Below, one piece after another: positions 39,368 to 49,606 of a DNA stretch of 64,000 nucleotides. This DNA is from a virus. The notes beneath the pieces were generated by a model. It searched no databases. It was not told the DNA's origin and saw nothing but the letters and a program-made list of their open reading frames with translations. The stretch covers positions 1 through 64,000 of IMG/VR virus record IMGVR_UViG_3300001336_000002. One strand, given 5' to 3'. The position numbers and the translations under genes are program-made. Position 1 is the stretch's first letter. Each line of letters begins with the position of its first letter.

Positions 39368-39877
39368 TTATAGTTTGAGAATATCTACTGGTCCCTGGCA
39401 AGTTGGGGAGAAATAAATTGCTGACTGTACAGCCAATTCTATTCTATCTTCTGTTAATAATGTCTTAGATGTATATAGGGAACCTAAAGCAAAGGGTCCA
39501 CCACTACCTATAGCAGTTGCTTTTACTTGCGCTACGCTCCAGTCAGAAGTATTAAATTCAAACAACATTCCATTTGCCCCAATAAGAAAATCTGCAGCAT
39601 GTTCAGGATCAGCATTGCCATAATCTTCTATAGCAGATTTAAGACTAGATGCTATGTCTGTTCTTATTAACCTATATATATCATTATTAGGTATAGGGAG
39701 ATCGATCATTTCCATTAACTGCCCCGTTCCAAGGGAGGCAGCATAACCAAAGATCCATCCATCCTTTACATGGATTTTGGGGCGGGATAAAGAAATCATA
39801 CTATCTTCATCACTAGCACCTCTATCTGCTCCCATATATACATGCTTACCTGTAGATATACCCACAATAACTGTCAT
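39368..39877 (-). CDS. HslV/proteasome-beta-like Ntn peptidase
   Basis: N-terminal (M)TVIVG, GAD, AIGSG, AVQSAI. Confidence 0.75.
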   Translation of the reverse strand: MTVIVGISTGKHVYMGADRGASDEDSMISLSRPKIHVKDGWIFGYAASLGTGQLMEMIDLPIPNNDIYRLIRTDIASSLKSAIEDYGNADPEHAADFLIGANGMLFEFNTSDWSVAQVKATAIGSGGPFALGSLYTSKTLLTEDRIELAVQSAIYFSPTCQGPVDILKL

Positions 39878-39895
39878 GGAGTAATTATATCCTAA

Positions 39896-40110
39896 CTTCC
39901 AGCGATTTTTTAGGTTCCTTCGTAAAGGTTTTTAATAAATAATTAAATCTTAAAACCTCAAAAACTCCCAGCCCATTTTGGGCTCCTTCGTAATACTTTT
40001 TTCAAAAATTCTCAGCCCATTTTCCGGTCCTTCGTAAAGGAGTTTTAATAGAATAGTTTTAAATCCGGTCAAAACTCCCAGCCCATTTTTGAGAGGGATC
40101 GTAAAGGAGT
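39896..40110. repeat. Four imperfect direct repeats CAGCCCATTTT-Nx-(CCT)TCGTAA(AGG)
   Basis: Copies near 39899, 39969, 40013, 40079 separated by AT-rich DNA. Confidence 0.75.
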
Positions 40111-40382
40111 TTTTATTTAGTTTAAGTTGGACCGGCCCCGCCACCCAAACCCGTTGTGTCGCAATGACTTTGTGGGCTTAGTGGCGAAACCTGTTGTCCT
40201 GCAGCCTAATCAAACAGCATAGCCAAAAAGATTGCAGGGACAATCAGAAGGGACATAAGCCCAATCATCCCAATCATTACCTCTGACTTTCCTGTAGGAC
40301 GAATAGATGAATCTTGACTCATCCTCTGAACACGACGGGAATGATGATATCCTGTAGCCTTGCCAATACCCATAGTGACTCC

Positions 40383-40875
40383 TTAGTTTTTCTGTGAAAC
40401 AGCAATAGCAGACTGATCTAGCAAGTCATCTAGTGATGAGAAGTTGCGAGATGAAAGCCCCAGCATATCGCAAACATCGTTATAGCATGAATCTATAGAG
40501 GCTTCTCCTTCAGTAGAGGCAGACAGAACGTTGCCGTTGGCAACAGATACCGCAAGGGCAAAGGAATCAAAGTGACTGTCAAAAAATGAATACCAAGCCT
40601 CGTTGTCAATCATTGTGTTGTATAGATCAGCAAGAATCTCTACCTTGTCAATAAGTTCCATCGAATACTCCTAGATCTAGTGTCATCTGCCCTGGCACAT
40701 TGTCAAAGTGCCCTGAGTTACGATAATACTCTAATCCCTCCTGAAATGTCAAGATATTGTGAAGGATGCGAGGTCGAGCCTTGGAATGAACGTAGAATGA
40801 TACGATCTTCCATTCCTCATCGCTCAGTTCCGCATCGTTATAGACCTTGATGATTGCGTCTGCTTTCTTCTCCAT
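40383..40875 (-). other. Two small hypothetical ORFs (40648-40875, 40383-40661)
   Basis: Leaderless start after TAGGAT; overlapping pair. Confidence 0.55.
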
Positions 40876-41027
40876 ACCCGAATCCTATCATAGTTGGGGG
40901 ACAAATACAAGTGGGGGAGAGGCTGGTAGCGAATCAACCCCTCCCCCTTCCGATACCTGCACGAACCCTGCGTTAACGAGAGCCGTGTTCTTATCGGCGG
41001 TGTCACCATCCTAAGTGACTTGTGTCC

Positions 41028-41363
41028 TTATTTAGATGGTGACTCCTTTTGTTTGAGCCAACCGCATGACCATCTACCTCGCTCTACGGTGTCTCTATTG
41101 TTGTCTCCTTGTGTACCACCCAAAAGGTGGGCGGGATTGTTACAAGATGGATTGTCGCAAGTATGTCTTACGACTTCTGGTAGATATCCATTTGTCTTGT
41201 AGAACATGTATCTATGGCTACGCTGTATCTTTGGTCTTTCACACCAGAAGAAGCCATATCCATCTTTATCCACTTTCCCTTTCCAAGGCCAACATTCTGT
41301 TTCGCCATTCTGTTCTATCTGTGACCAGAACCGCTTTTCTCTTTTAGTTTCCCAGGTGCCCAT
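41028..41363 (-). CDS. HNH endonuclease
   Basis: CWPWKG..GYG..HR..VRHTCDNPSCNNPAHLLGGTQGDNNRD. Confidence 0.88.
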   Translation of the reverse strand: MGTWETKREKRFWSQIEQNGETECWPWKGKVDKDGYGFFWCERPKIQRSHRYMFYKTNGYLPEVVRHTCDNPSCNNPAHLLGGTQGDNNRDTVERGRWSCGWLKQKESPSK

Positions 41364-41403
41364 GTATTTATTATATCAGAGTCCTTAGGCATTTCCTTAG
41401 GGA

Positions 41404-41556
41404 CTACCGCGCAGCGACGGCGGGAGCCTTGCGGAGACCTGTAAGATTGACAGAATCAATAAACTTGCCATCCTGATCACGGATAACCACACGCTCCTGA
41501 GTGCCATAGCGAGTGTTCCAGGTCTCAAGGTAAGTGTACTTACGAACCTTAGCCAT
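41404..41556 (-). CDS. Small basic protein (50 aa, not in ORF track)
   Basis: aaggag RBS; MAKVRKYTYLETWNTRYG. Confidence 0.6.
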   Translation of the reverse strand: MAKVRKYTYLETWNTRYGTQERVVIRDQDGKFIDSVNLTGLRKAPAVAAR

Positions 41557-41612
41557 ATTGCTCTCCTTTACTAGTAAGGGTTTTATCTATCTGAATATTC
41601 ATTCAGAAATCT

Positions 41613-42065
41613 TTAGTTTTCAGACCAGTCAACCTCTACACGATCTTCTGAGAATTCTGCATCAACATCATTTTCATAGTATGAAACGCTGAGGCTTGGT
41701 TCCAATATGTCTTCCAAGGTATCCATATCAAAGTTCAGGGGAGCCTTGACAGTACCCGTGAATGTCACGGTAACCTGTACGTCATATTCCTTGCTGATAT
41801 CAAGATCAAAAATCTCAACCAGGCGTTGGGAAACTTCTTCGTCCATGTAATCGAAGTTATCCCTGATGTATTCTTCTAACTCATCTACCTTCTCCTGAAG
41901 TTTGGTGTACATGTTGGCATAGTTAGAACGACGGGATTCTGCAATCTCTAGATCGTTCTTTAGTTGAGCAATCTGTCGCTCCAACTCTTCCGCTGAAGCA
42001 ATTACGTTGTAAGGATTAGTAGCAACCTCTGCATCTGTGATATCTACAAAAGTAGGATCAATCAT
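41613..42065 (-). CDS. Acidic coiled-coil hypothetical protein
   Basis: ORF; heptad region. Confidence 0.6.
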   Translation of the reverse strand: MIDPTFVDITDAEVATNPYNVIASAEELERQIAQLKNDLEIAESRRSNYANMYTKLQEKVDELEEYIRDNFDYMDEEVSQRLVEIFDLDISKEYDVQVTVTFTGTVKAPLNFDMDTLEDILEPSLSVSYYENDVDAEFSEDRVEVDWSEN

Positions 42066-42066
42066 T

Positions 42067-42456
42067 TCAGACTCCAATCTTAGGCTTGGCGTACTTGTTG
42101 ATGAATTCCTCGCGGGTGAACGAGACAATGCTATCAGTTAGAACCCCCGCTTTCCAGTCAAAATCATACAGAGTTACCTCGCGGGTAGCAAAGTCATAGA
42201 CGGGAACCTTGTGCTCATTGTCTGCAAGGTAGTTGACCGTGATACCCCATCCAAGATCGCCGTTCCAATCCTCGCCAACCAACTGCGAGATGACAATACG
42301 AGTCCCATAGGCGGGATCATCAAGGCGTCCAACATTTCGAGCATATTCAAGAGCCTTAGCGAACTGGGCAAGCATTCCATATCCTGCCCAATGTCCGTAC
42401 ACGAAGATGGTATTGCCGTCAGTCTGACGCAATCCGAAGTTAGCGCGATCTCCCAT
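42067..42456 (-). CDS. Conserved phage hypothetical protein (MGDRANF..VY.HWAG)
   Basis: ggagg RBS; upstream TTGACC-N18-TAGACT promoter. Confidence 0.7.
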   Translation of the reverse strand: MGDRANFGLRQTDGNTIFVYGHWAGYGMLAQFAKALEYARNVGRLDDPAYGTRIVISQLVGEDWNGDLGWGITVNYLADNEHKVPVYDFATREVTLYDFDWKAGVLTDSIVSFTREEFINKYAKPKIGV

Positions 42457-42566
42457 TTTATTCCTCCAACGCTAGATAATAGTCTGAATACTCTTTGTCA
42501 TGTACCGCAAAGTCTATACCTAGTTCCTTGCACAGGTCAAGACTTTCTTGAAAGTTTTCCTGGCCC

Positions 42567-44656
42567 TTATACAGGTGAACCATTATAGGCCACCCATTTA
42601 TGTTCTGAATAATCAAATAAGGAAAGTTGTTCTGGGTCTTCTTTTAGTCCTTCCTGCCACCGCAGATATCCTGCATAGGATTCGTCTGGCTCTGAGCAGT
42701 CCCACCAGACAGCATCCCACAGGCGCAGTTCATCTAGCATATCCTGAGCCGTGATGATGCGACCATTAGGAAGTTTGTGCTGCAGGGTGAGTGCATCTTC
42801 ATTGCTGATCTCATATTGCCAGTCCTCGGGAATGTCTGCCCAACCTAGGATATATGGATCAGCCTCATCTACAAACTCATCAAAGAATTCCTGCACGGAC
42901 AACTGAATGTCGGCGGGAATGGGTGGATAAAAGTTATTAGTAAGGTGCATGGTGATATCGGTCATGAGGTCTCCTCAATCTCTACTGAATCTTGTAAGAA
43001 GCCGCCTTCGGTAAGCACGGCATCCTCATGATTATACTCGCCACTATAGAATTTTTCCCTAGCCTCATCCATATCAGTAGCCTCTACTTCTAGCGTCCAC
43101 CAATCTTCTGTTGTGTAACTAATCTGAAACTTAGGCATTAGTCGAACAACTCCTTTGGTAGAGTATCGTTGGCGGTATCAAAGATGATGCTATAATCCTT
43201 AGCAATTTCATCTTCGATATCCCTGCAATACTGAAGTGCTAACATTGGGTTATCGGCCTCTACAACAATGGCTGCTCTGGTAGCGACAAGATACTTAGTC
43301 ATTACGATACCTCCTGCGAAACGGTGCAGTATAGTGGTGCGTAATGGTGCATTACGAGACCTCCTGCGGAATGGGAATAACATCAACTAGCGAGTATAGT
43401 GTATTGAGAAGGGTCTGGTCAAGTGCCTCCAGACCTGGCGTATCATCGCAAGGGGCAAACCAGCCGTAGCCAGTTTCGGGGGAAGAAGAATCATACTCAT
43501 AGACATTTCCATCAGGGAAGTAGCCAAAAGTATCAAGTTCTACAAACCACTTCTGCATATCAGTATCGAATCCAATAACATAGTGAAACTGCATGGACAC
43601 TCCTTATCCTGTGTAGGGCTGGGTCCAGTCCCAGGCATAGTTCTGAAGAATATCTTCTACCCGATCAAGAGCCTCAGACTCATCCTCGGCGTCAATAATA
43701 AAACTAACATTCTGAACCTCTACGGTGATATCCATCATTCCTCCTCATCCAGAGACTCTTCTGTGGTCTCATGAATAATCTGAATCTCTCCAGACCTCAT
43801 CATGTCATTGAGAATATCCATCTCGTTAGGCTCTGAATCAAAGTAGACTTCGTAGTCATATGCCGCTTCTTCGCGGGTAGACTCTAGCATGATCGTTCCT
43901 GATACACGATAAGTAGGCATCATTCCTCCACAAAGTTGTAGTAAAGACGGGTGTACCCATTCTCAGTCTCATGGTTGCTATATTGCAACGTACCCTTCAC
44001 GCCGTCAGACCTGCGCTGAACAATGCAAAGATCATAGAAGAATCCTAGAACCTCATATTCCTCTAGCATCTGATCCTTGGTAAGCATATTACTGGCTAGC
44101 ATGTCATTCCTCCGTCCAATCCAATGCGTGATCGCTAAAAAATGCTACTCCGCAATTATATCCATGTCTCCACATAGGAGCAAGGGGTGTCGAAATAAAT
44201 TCTGGGCAGTTGCTCCACTCCACCTGATCTGGGAATACTTCCTGCAACTCATCTGGAATATCTCCCAGGTAGCCAATCATGAAGGCCAAAGCAAAGGTCT
44301 CGTGCTCATCGCTGGGAATTCTAGGATTGGTGTTCATCTTCAGCCTCCGTTAGATATAGGCTCTGGTCTTCCACTTCCCAATACAAATTATCGGGGGCGG
44401 TACTGTTGAGATAGTCTATTGCATCATAGTAAGTGCCGTCAAGAGAATCAAGAATGTCAAACATGATATCTTCATCATCTCCTGATGATCTAAACCATTC
44501 GATATCTTTGACAAACTGTTCATACATAAGGTCGAAACCTTTATCATGAGCAAACTCAATAACGGCTACGGAAAAGTCAAATGCGGACCAATGCGATCCG
44601 TCAATGTAGCAACCAGTTTCCACATCAGTTCCAATCTTCGGGGCGGAATCCGCCAT
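42567..44656 (-). other. Run of small acidic hypothetical ORFs (42567-42965, 43138-43386, 43352-43600, 43735-43923, 43920-44102, 44104-44337, 44321-44656)
   Basis: Coupled ORFs with ggag RBS; typical early host-takeover genes. Confidence 0.6.
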
Positions 44657-44804
44657 TGGTTAGCCATTCGTCTAATGCTACAAAGTTCTCAGCGAGTTCT
44701 CCAATGAACTCATCAACTTCGGCGGCAGACATAAGGTTGATCCCCACATCCTCCCATGAATAAATCAGTTCTCTGATATTTTTGAGTGCTTCATTAGGGT
44801 CCAT
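44625..44804 (-). CDS. Small actinophage-type protein (MDPNEAL...LDEWLTNGGFRPEDW; 59 aa, not in ORF track)
   Basis: Leaderless ATG 6 nt after TAGGAT. Confidence 0.7.
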   Translation of the reverse strand: MDPNEALKNIRELIYSWEDVGINLMSAAEVDEFIGELAENFVALDEWLTNGGFRPEDWN

Positions 44805-44961
44805 AACTGCATCCTATATCATGGGTCTGACATTGACAAGAAAAAATATCCACGGGTTTTTCAAGGCGTTCGTAAGGGTCTTCGTAAAAGAGATTATTTT
44901 GTTTTATATGAAAATGCGACCGGCCCCGAAAGTCGTTGCAGCACAAGCACTTTCATCAGTA

Positions 44962-45036
44962 GGCGCACCTGATGGGATTTGAACCCACGACCTCTACCGT
45001 GACAGGGTAGCGAGCACTCCGCTGCTCCACAAGTGC
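44962..45036 (-). tRNA. tRNA-Asp (GTC)
   Basis: GCACTTG/CAGGTGC; CTACC-CTGTCAC-GGTAG; GTGGG-TTCAAAT-CCCAT. Confidence 0.92.
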
Positions 45037-45040
45037 GTGC

Positions 45041-45070
45041 AGGCAGTTTATCCATACATGCCCAGGTATG
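45041..45070 (-). ncRNA. Small H-type pseudoknot motif, copy 1
   Basis: CATAC-CTGGGCAT-GTATG-GATAAAC-TGCCT. Confidence 0.6.
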
Positions 45071-45122
45071 TGAGGTCAGGTCCGAAGTACGATCACCCAA
45101 TCCCCCAGCGCTAGGGGATGAT

Positions 45123-45150
45123 GGGCAGTTTTACATCATGCCCAGGATGT
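45123..45150 (-). ncRNA. Small H-type pseudoknot motif, copy 2
   Basis: ACATC-CTGGGCAT-GATGT-AAAAC-TGCCC. Confidence 0.6.
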
Positions 45151-45176
45151 TAGGGTACTATGACATGTCATCCATG

Positions 45177-46157
45177 TCAGGCAAAGGCGACAGCCTTGAC
45201 AGCCTTTAGCAGACGATTCTTCTCTGCATTGGTAGCAGCATCGAAACCGCTAGCAGCAGCGAGGACACCTTCTGCATTACCCCCGCGAGGGTTGCGGAAC
45301 CAGTCCAGGCGCTCCGTCAGAGTGTTGTACGCACCCCACGCAGTACCCTTGATGTTGCCAACGGTGTCACCCTGGTAGATGTCAAACAGGGTATCGACCT
45401 TGTTTGTCCACTTGGTGACACTACCCTTGACATCCTTGTCAGGCTCAGGGTAGACAGCCTTGATGATATCGAAGAAGGTATCAGTCGTGATCTCCTTTTC
45501 GATCAAGGTCTGCGCCTCCTTCTCAAACTCATCCAGGTAAGCATTGGCAAGGCCAAGAGCCTCACGCGCAGCCTGCACCTTGCCAGTAACCGTGGAGGTG
45601 TGACGAATCTTGTAGGACTGCTTCACACCATGCAGCGCATAGTTCAGAGTGTTCTGGCACACAACGCGCACAGGGGTAACGGATGCCTGCACAGCAAGCG
45701 AACCATCATGCGAGGTGTGAACCAGCAGATAGGTGTTCACCTTATCGGTAGCACCGCTGGGGTCAAGGACTACCTCGCGGTCAAGGGCAAGGGAGCCAAA
45801 GACAACCGTGCCATTCTTGATGCTGCCAGCGGTCTCCCAACGGCCACCGTCAAGCATATTGTCAGCAAACGAGAACAGATCCTCGTTCTGCAGAACCTTG
45901 TAACGCTCACCCACAACGCCAAGGACATCGCGGTCACCGTCAAACGGATTCTTGCGAGTGACAGCAAAATAGTTCTTGTGTGACCGACCAGGCAGATCAA
46001 CGTCATCAAGACGAACATTCCAGCCAGCCAGATGAGCGACCTGAAGCATTTCCGATGTGCTAACCTCGTGGTCAAGGATGGTGCCAAGACCATGCCAAGC
46101 GGGTTCGCGCAGGGAAGCGAAGGAAGCCATATCTCCGTACTGCTCTAGCATGTGCAT
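45177..46157 (-). CDS. DUF932-family phage/plasmid protein
   Basis: PAWHGLG, YKVLQN, ETAGS, SHDGS, TPVRVVCQNTL, RHT, GTAWGAYN. Confidence 0.9.
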   Translation of the reverse strand: MHMLEQYGDMASFASLREPAWHGLGTILDHEVSTSEMLQVAHLAGWNVRLDDVDLPGRSHKNYFAVTRKNPFDGDRDVLGVVGERYKVLQNEDLFSFADNMLDGGRWETAGSIKNGTVVFGSLALDREVVLDPSGATDKVNTYLLVHTSHDGSLAVQASVTPVRVVCQNTLNYALHGVKQSYKIRHTSTVTGKVQAAREALGLANAYLDEFEKEAQTLIEKEITTDTFFDIIKAVYPEPDKDVKGSVTKWTNKVDTLFDIYQGDTVGNIKGTAWGAYNTLTERLDWFRNPRGGNAEGVLAAASGFDAATNAEKNRLLKAVKAVAFA

Positions 46158-46329
46158 ATCATTTCCAATCTGTAGTAACTGATGATGTCATCATCCTATC
46201 AAGATGGTCTGACATTGGCAAGAAGAAAACGCAGATTTTCAAAATATTTTTTGCAGGGGGTTTGTAACGGGTTCGTAACGATGATCGTAAAAGACTTGAC
46301 AAAATTAGAATTTCGGGCCGGTCGCAAAA

Positions 46330-46950
46330 AGGTGTCCCCCAGGGGAGCGGCGGTGGGTGGGGGAGCGCTCAACCCTGAGGGACGTTTAGGGGAGCAGTTT
46401 GTCATCATGCTCAGGATGCCATATATGGTTATCAAACCTAGTGATTCAGATATTTATTCTATAGAGGGTCAGGGGCTACCTGATTTCAACTATAGACGAC
46501 TCAACCTGAATGCTATTGTTTGACAGTTTGGGAAGAATAGACGGACTCCTTTGCGGTTTACCCGCCGCTGATCAGACTTTGGGTAGCGCCCAAGGCGTGT
46601 TCTATTCTTCCTAGCCACCTTTAGGGAATCGAACCCTATATTACCCAACCAGGGAAGGCAGAGTGCATTACTTTCTAGAATGTTCATGCACCAAGTTTAG
46701 GAAGGAGCATTATCTGCATTGCTTTTGCTCCTAAATTCCCAGGCGACTCCTGATATAGTTGTATAACGTATTAGCAGACCTGGGTGGGGAAGTGAGTCGA
46801 TGTGGGGGTAGTTATCACAACTACCTGCCTCTTTCCATCTAGTCTAAAGAAGCGGATCTATTTTATGGGTGCCTGGGCTAATCCGACCCCTACATCCCTC
46901 CGCGACTAGATGAGTCCTATTCGGCCCCACGGGTCACATATCCCCAAGCC
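46330..46950 (-). ncRNA. Putative large structured ncRNA or ncRNA cluster
   Basis: No credible ORF; several 6-11 bp stems, tRNA-like module, pseudoknot copy 3 (46392-46418), GC hairpin + U-tract at 3' end. Confidence 0.6.
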
Positions 46951-46981
46951 ACTATTTATTTATGTGATTATTGTAACATAT

Positions 46982-48297
46982 TTACTGAGAGGTTGTCCAA
47001 CGATCTCCACTAGGAGTTGTAAGACGGATTCGATATGTACCCTGCGGATTGGGCACGATCTCCTGGATGGTGCCTGTCACACCTGACTTTGCAGTAGTGA
47101 AGGTCTCTCCGATAGCCAACATATTACTTACCCACAATCTGAATAGGAATGGACTTGGTTTGGTTGGTCGCTCCATTAAAGTGACCCTTTTCGTTGCGAA
47201 CAACGGCCTTTACAGCGTCGCCCCACTTCTCAGTACGAACAATGATCTTTGACATTACCCACTCTTTCTGTCGTTGTTGTTGATATTAGTTTACAGTTCT
47301 GGCCAGGGATTGTCAAGGGTTTCTCTAAAATCTTCTGCAGTTGCGTCTATGACACCCTCTTCTATCCACATCCCTACCCCCACCATACCTTGAATAGCGG
47401 AGGCACCTATAGAATAGGATATATCATCCAATGTACCAATGTCAACCATTTCTTTTAAGTCTTGGACTGCTACTGCCACGGCAAGTTTGATATGAGAAAC
47501 AATATCTTCCCCATTGACATAGCAAATATTGTCAATCATTTTGTATTCTACATCTGTTTTATCAAACGTATTCATTGACTATAATCCTTAGTTCTGATCT
47601 TCCAGAGGCTTTCAGCACCTTGCCGTTGCCCTCCTCATCGACCAGGGTAAGGATATGCAAGTCATCACCCTCATCTGCATAGTCTGTGCCTACAACATGA
47701 TAGATGTCGTCTTTGATTAGAATCATGTCCCCTGGCTCAATTGAATAGACTTGCATTAATTCAGTAGTCATTGTCTTCTCCATTATATTAGAGTTTATAA
47801 CCAGCCAAAGAGCACAACACCCAAGGCCATGATGAGCGGTAGAATGATAATGGCAGTAAATAAAATCCCAATAATAGTCTCAATAGAATTGGGACGAGGT
47901 GGCTCATCCATTTAGTGCTCCTTGGGCATCATCGACTACCTTGGCATGAACAGACATCTCATTATGGATAATCATCAGGGTAGATGCAAGGATTTCATCA
48001 TCTGTAATGTTGTAAGCATTCTCTATATAATACAGAGCCATCGCCAGATGGCTGTATGATGCTTTTAGGTTTAGTTGGACAGAGACATCTCTTTCACTCA
48101 TTTAGATACTCCATCCACGATTGCAGGGCGGTAGTGAAATCAAGTTGACTAGGATTATTCTTCTCCCACCCAAAAGTAAATACATCTACCTCGCCACCTT
48201 CTCCAAACACGTTGGCAGTATGGCTACCCTTTGTCCATCGAACGACGACGGTAGGCAGATAAGCAACCATTTCATTTTCTCTAGAAAGAATCATCAT
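46982..48297 (-). other. Small hypothetical ORFs (46982-47203, 47291-47575, 47562-47783, 47904-48101, 48094-48297)
   Basis: Minus-strand ORFs downstream of promoter at 48305. Confidence 0.55.
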
Positions 48298-48445
48298 GTG
48301 TTACACACTAGCATATGGGACTGACATTGACAACTTTTTTACGAATTTTTTCACGACTTCGTAAGGGCTGTTCGTAAGAGCGTTATGTCTGATTGTTTGA
48401 TGGCCCGGCCCGAAAAACCGTTGCAGGACAACGGCTTTCGAGGTT

Positions 48446-48670
48446 CTATGCAATAGCCCCCAAAGTCATTGCAAATGAACGCCTTTCAGCACCTGTCATG
48501 CCACCATAGACATGCGGCTCAAAGTCCTCATTTTCGATAGCGAACATGAGGCAGTCGTCAATCACGGGACACGATTCACAAATCTCTTTAGCCTGCATGA
48601 CGCGAGATGTCACTCCCGTCAGGAACAATGCGCTGTCTGCATCCTTGCACGCTGCCCTATCCTGCCACAT
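48446..48670 (-). CDS. whiB: WhiB-family regulator (second copy, HVYGG turn)
   Basis: WQDRAAC..LF..AKEICESCPVIDDC..YGGMT..ERR. Confidence 0.85.
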   Translation of the reverse strand: MWQDRAACKDADSALFLTGVTSRVMQAKEICESCPVIDDCLMFAIENEDFEPHVYGGMTGAERRSFAMTLGAIA

Positions 48671-49200
48671 TTGCAATCTCCTTTTTCCACTCGCGCTTCT
48701 CGCGCTTCTTGATGATCTTTCGTTCCATCCTAGCATCGGGGTATGACATGCAGCACCCCCAGTAGCAACGCATTCCGTGCTTGCCGATATTGCGGCGGGT
48801 ACGAATCATTCAGCCTCCGTCCATCGAACACCGTCAACGATAATATCTTCATCTAGATACATGACGCGAGAATAGTCGAACGCGTTATCTGGCATCATGT
48901 GGTAAATGTCGATCCATGCTTTTTCTAGTTCGATGCTTAGATCCATTCGACTAGATCTCCATCCATGATCTCGTTTACGTCAAGGCCATTGGCCTCTGCA
49001 ATGGCTTCCCACAGTTCTTCTTCCGTGAACCGTCCGTCCTCTGGCAGGTAGTCGATGTATGACATGTCAGTGCTCCTGTTCATCTACTTGATCGGTTATG
49101 TCGTTATAGAGGGATGTGATGATGTATCCCTGATTCATTAGTTCGCGCAGGCATTCCAATACCTGATCCCAGTCTGCGCGTGGCATCTCTACGGTTACCA

Positions 49201-49401
49201 TCACACACCTCCAAAAAATAGGTTGGTCATATTGTAGTTGTCGATTCTGATCCCCTTGTGGAACGTGATATCGACGCTCGCACCATTGAGCATATCTTCA
49301 TATTCATCGGGGTCGATCTCATCGACATTGCACAGATATACCTTGTCGCTGAGAGGGATCACGGTGCCCGTTCCCTCGTGGTAGATAAATAGATTCTTCA
49401 T
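49201..49401 (-). CDS. Hypothetical protein
   Basis: Leaderless after promoter at 49408. Confidence 0.6.
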   Translation of the reverse strand: MKNLFIYHEGTGTVIPLSDKVYLCNVDEIDPDEYEDMLNGASVDITFHKGIRIDNYNMTNLFFGGV

Positions 49402-49606
49402 GGTTTCACCTTACACTAGGGGTCTGACACTCAGGCCCAGGGGTCATCATCGGGGGTCGGGAATCGACGGGAGGACAAGGCTTGAGCCATGACAGAATAT
49501 TCCTCAAGTCCAGAACGCATGATCTCATCACAGGATGAGCAGATTAGGTGGAACCGCTCGCACGGTCCCTGGCATAGGAGGCAGTTTGTCTTCATGATAT
49601 TTCCTT

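Noticed and set aside
45041-45150. Pseudoknots as preQ1/SAM-II riboswitches or HDV-like ribozymes
   Set aside because: Conserved ligand or catalytic nucleotides are absent and they lie 3' of genes or 5' of a tRNA rather than in mRNA leaders
46182-46687. ORFs 46182-46523, 46199-46435 and 46490-46687
   Set aside because: No RBS or recognisable motifs; they overlap repeated regulatory elements and RNA stems
46330-46950. tmRNA, RNase P RNA, SRP RNA or hammerhead/twister ribozyme
   Set aside because: No tag reading frame within the acceptor stem and none of the diagnostic core motifs could be found by eye
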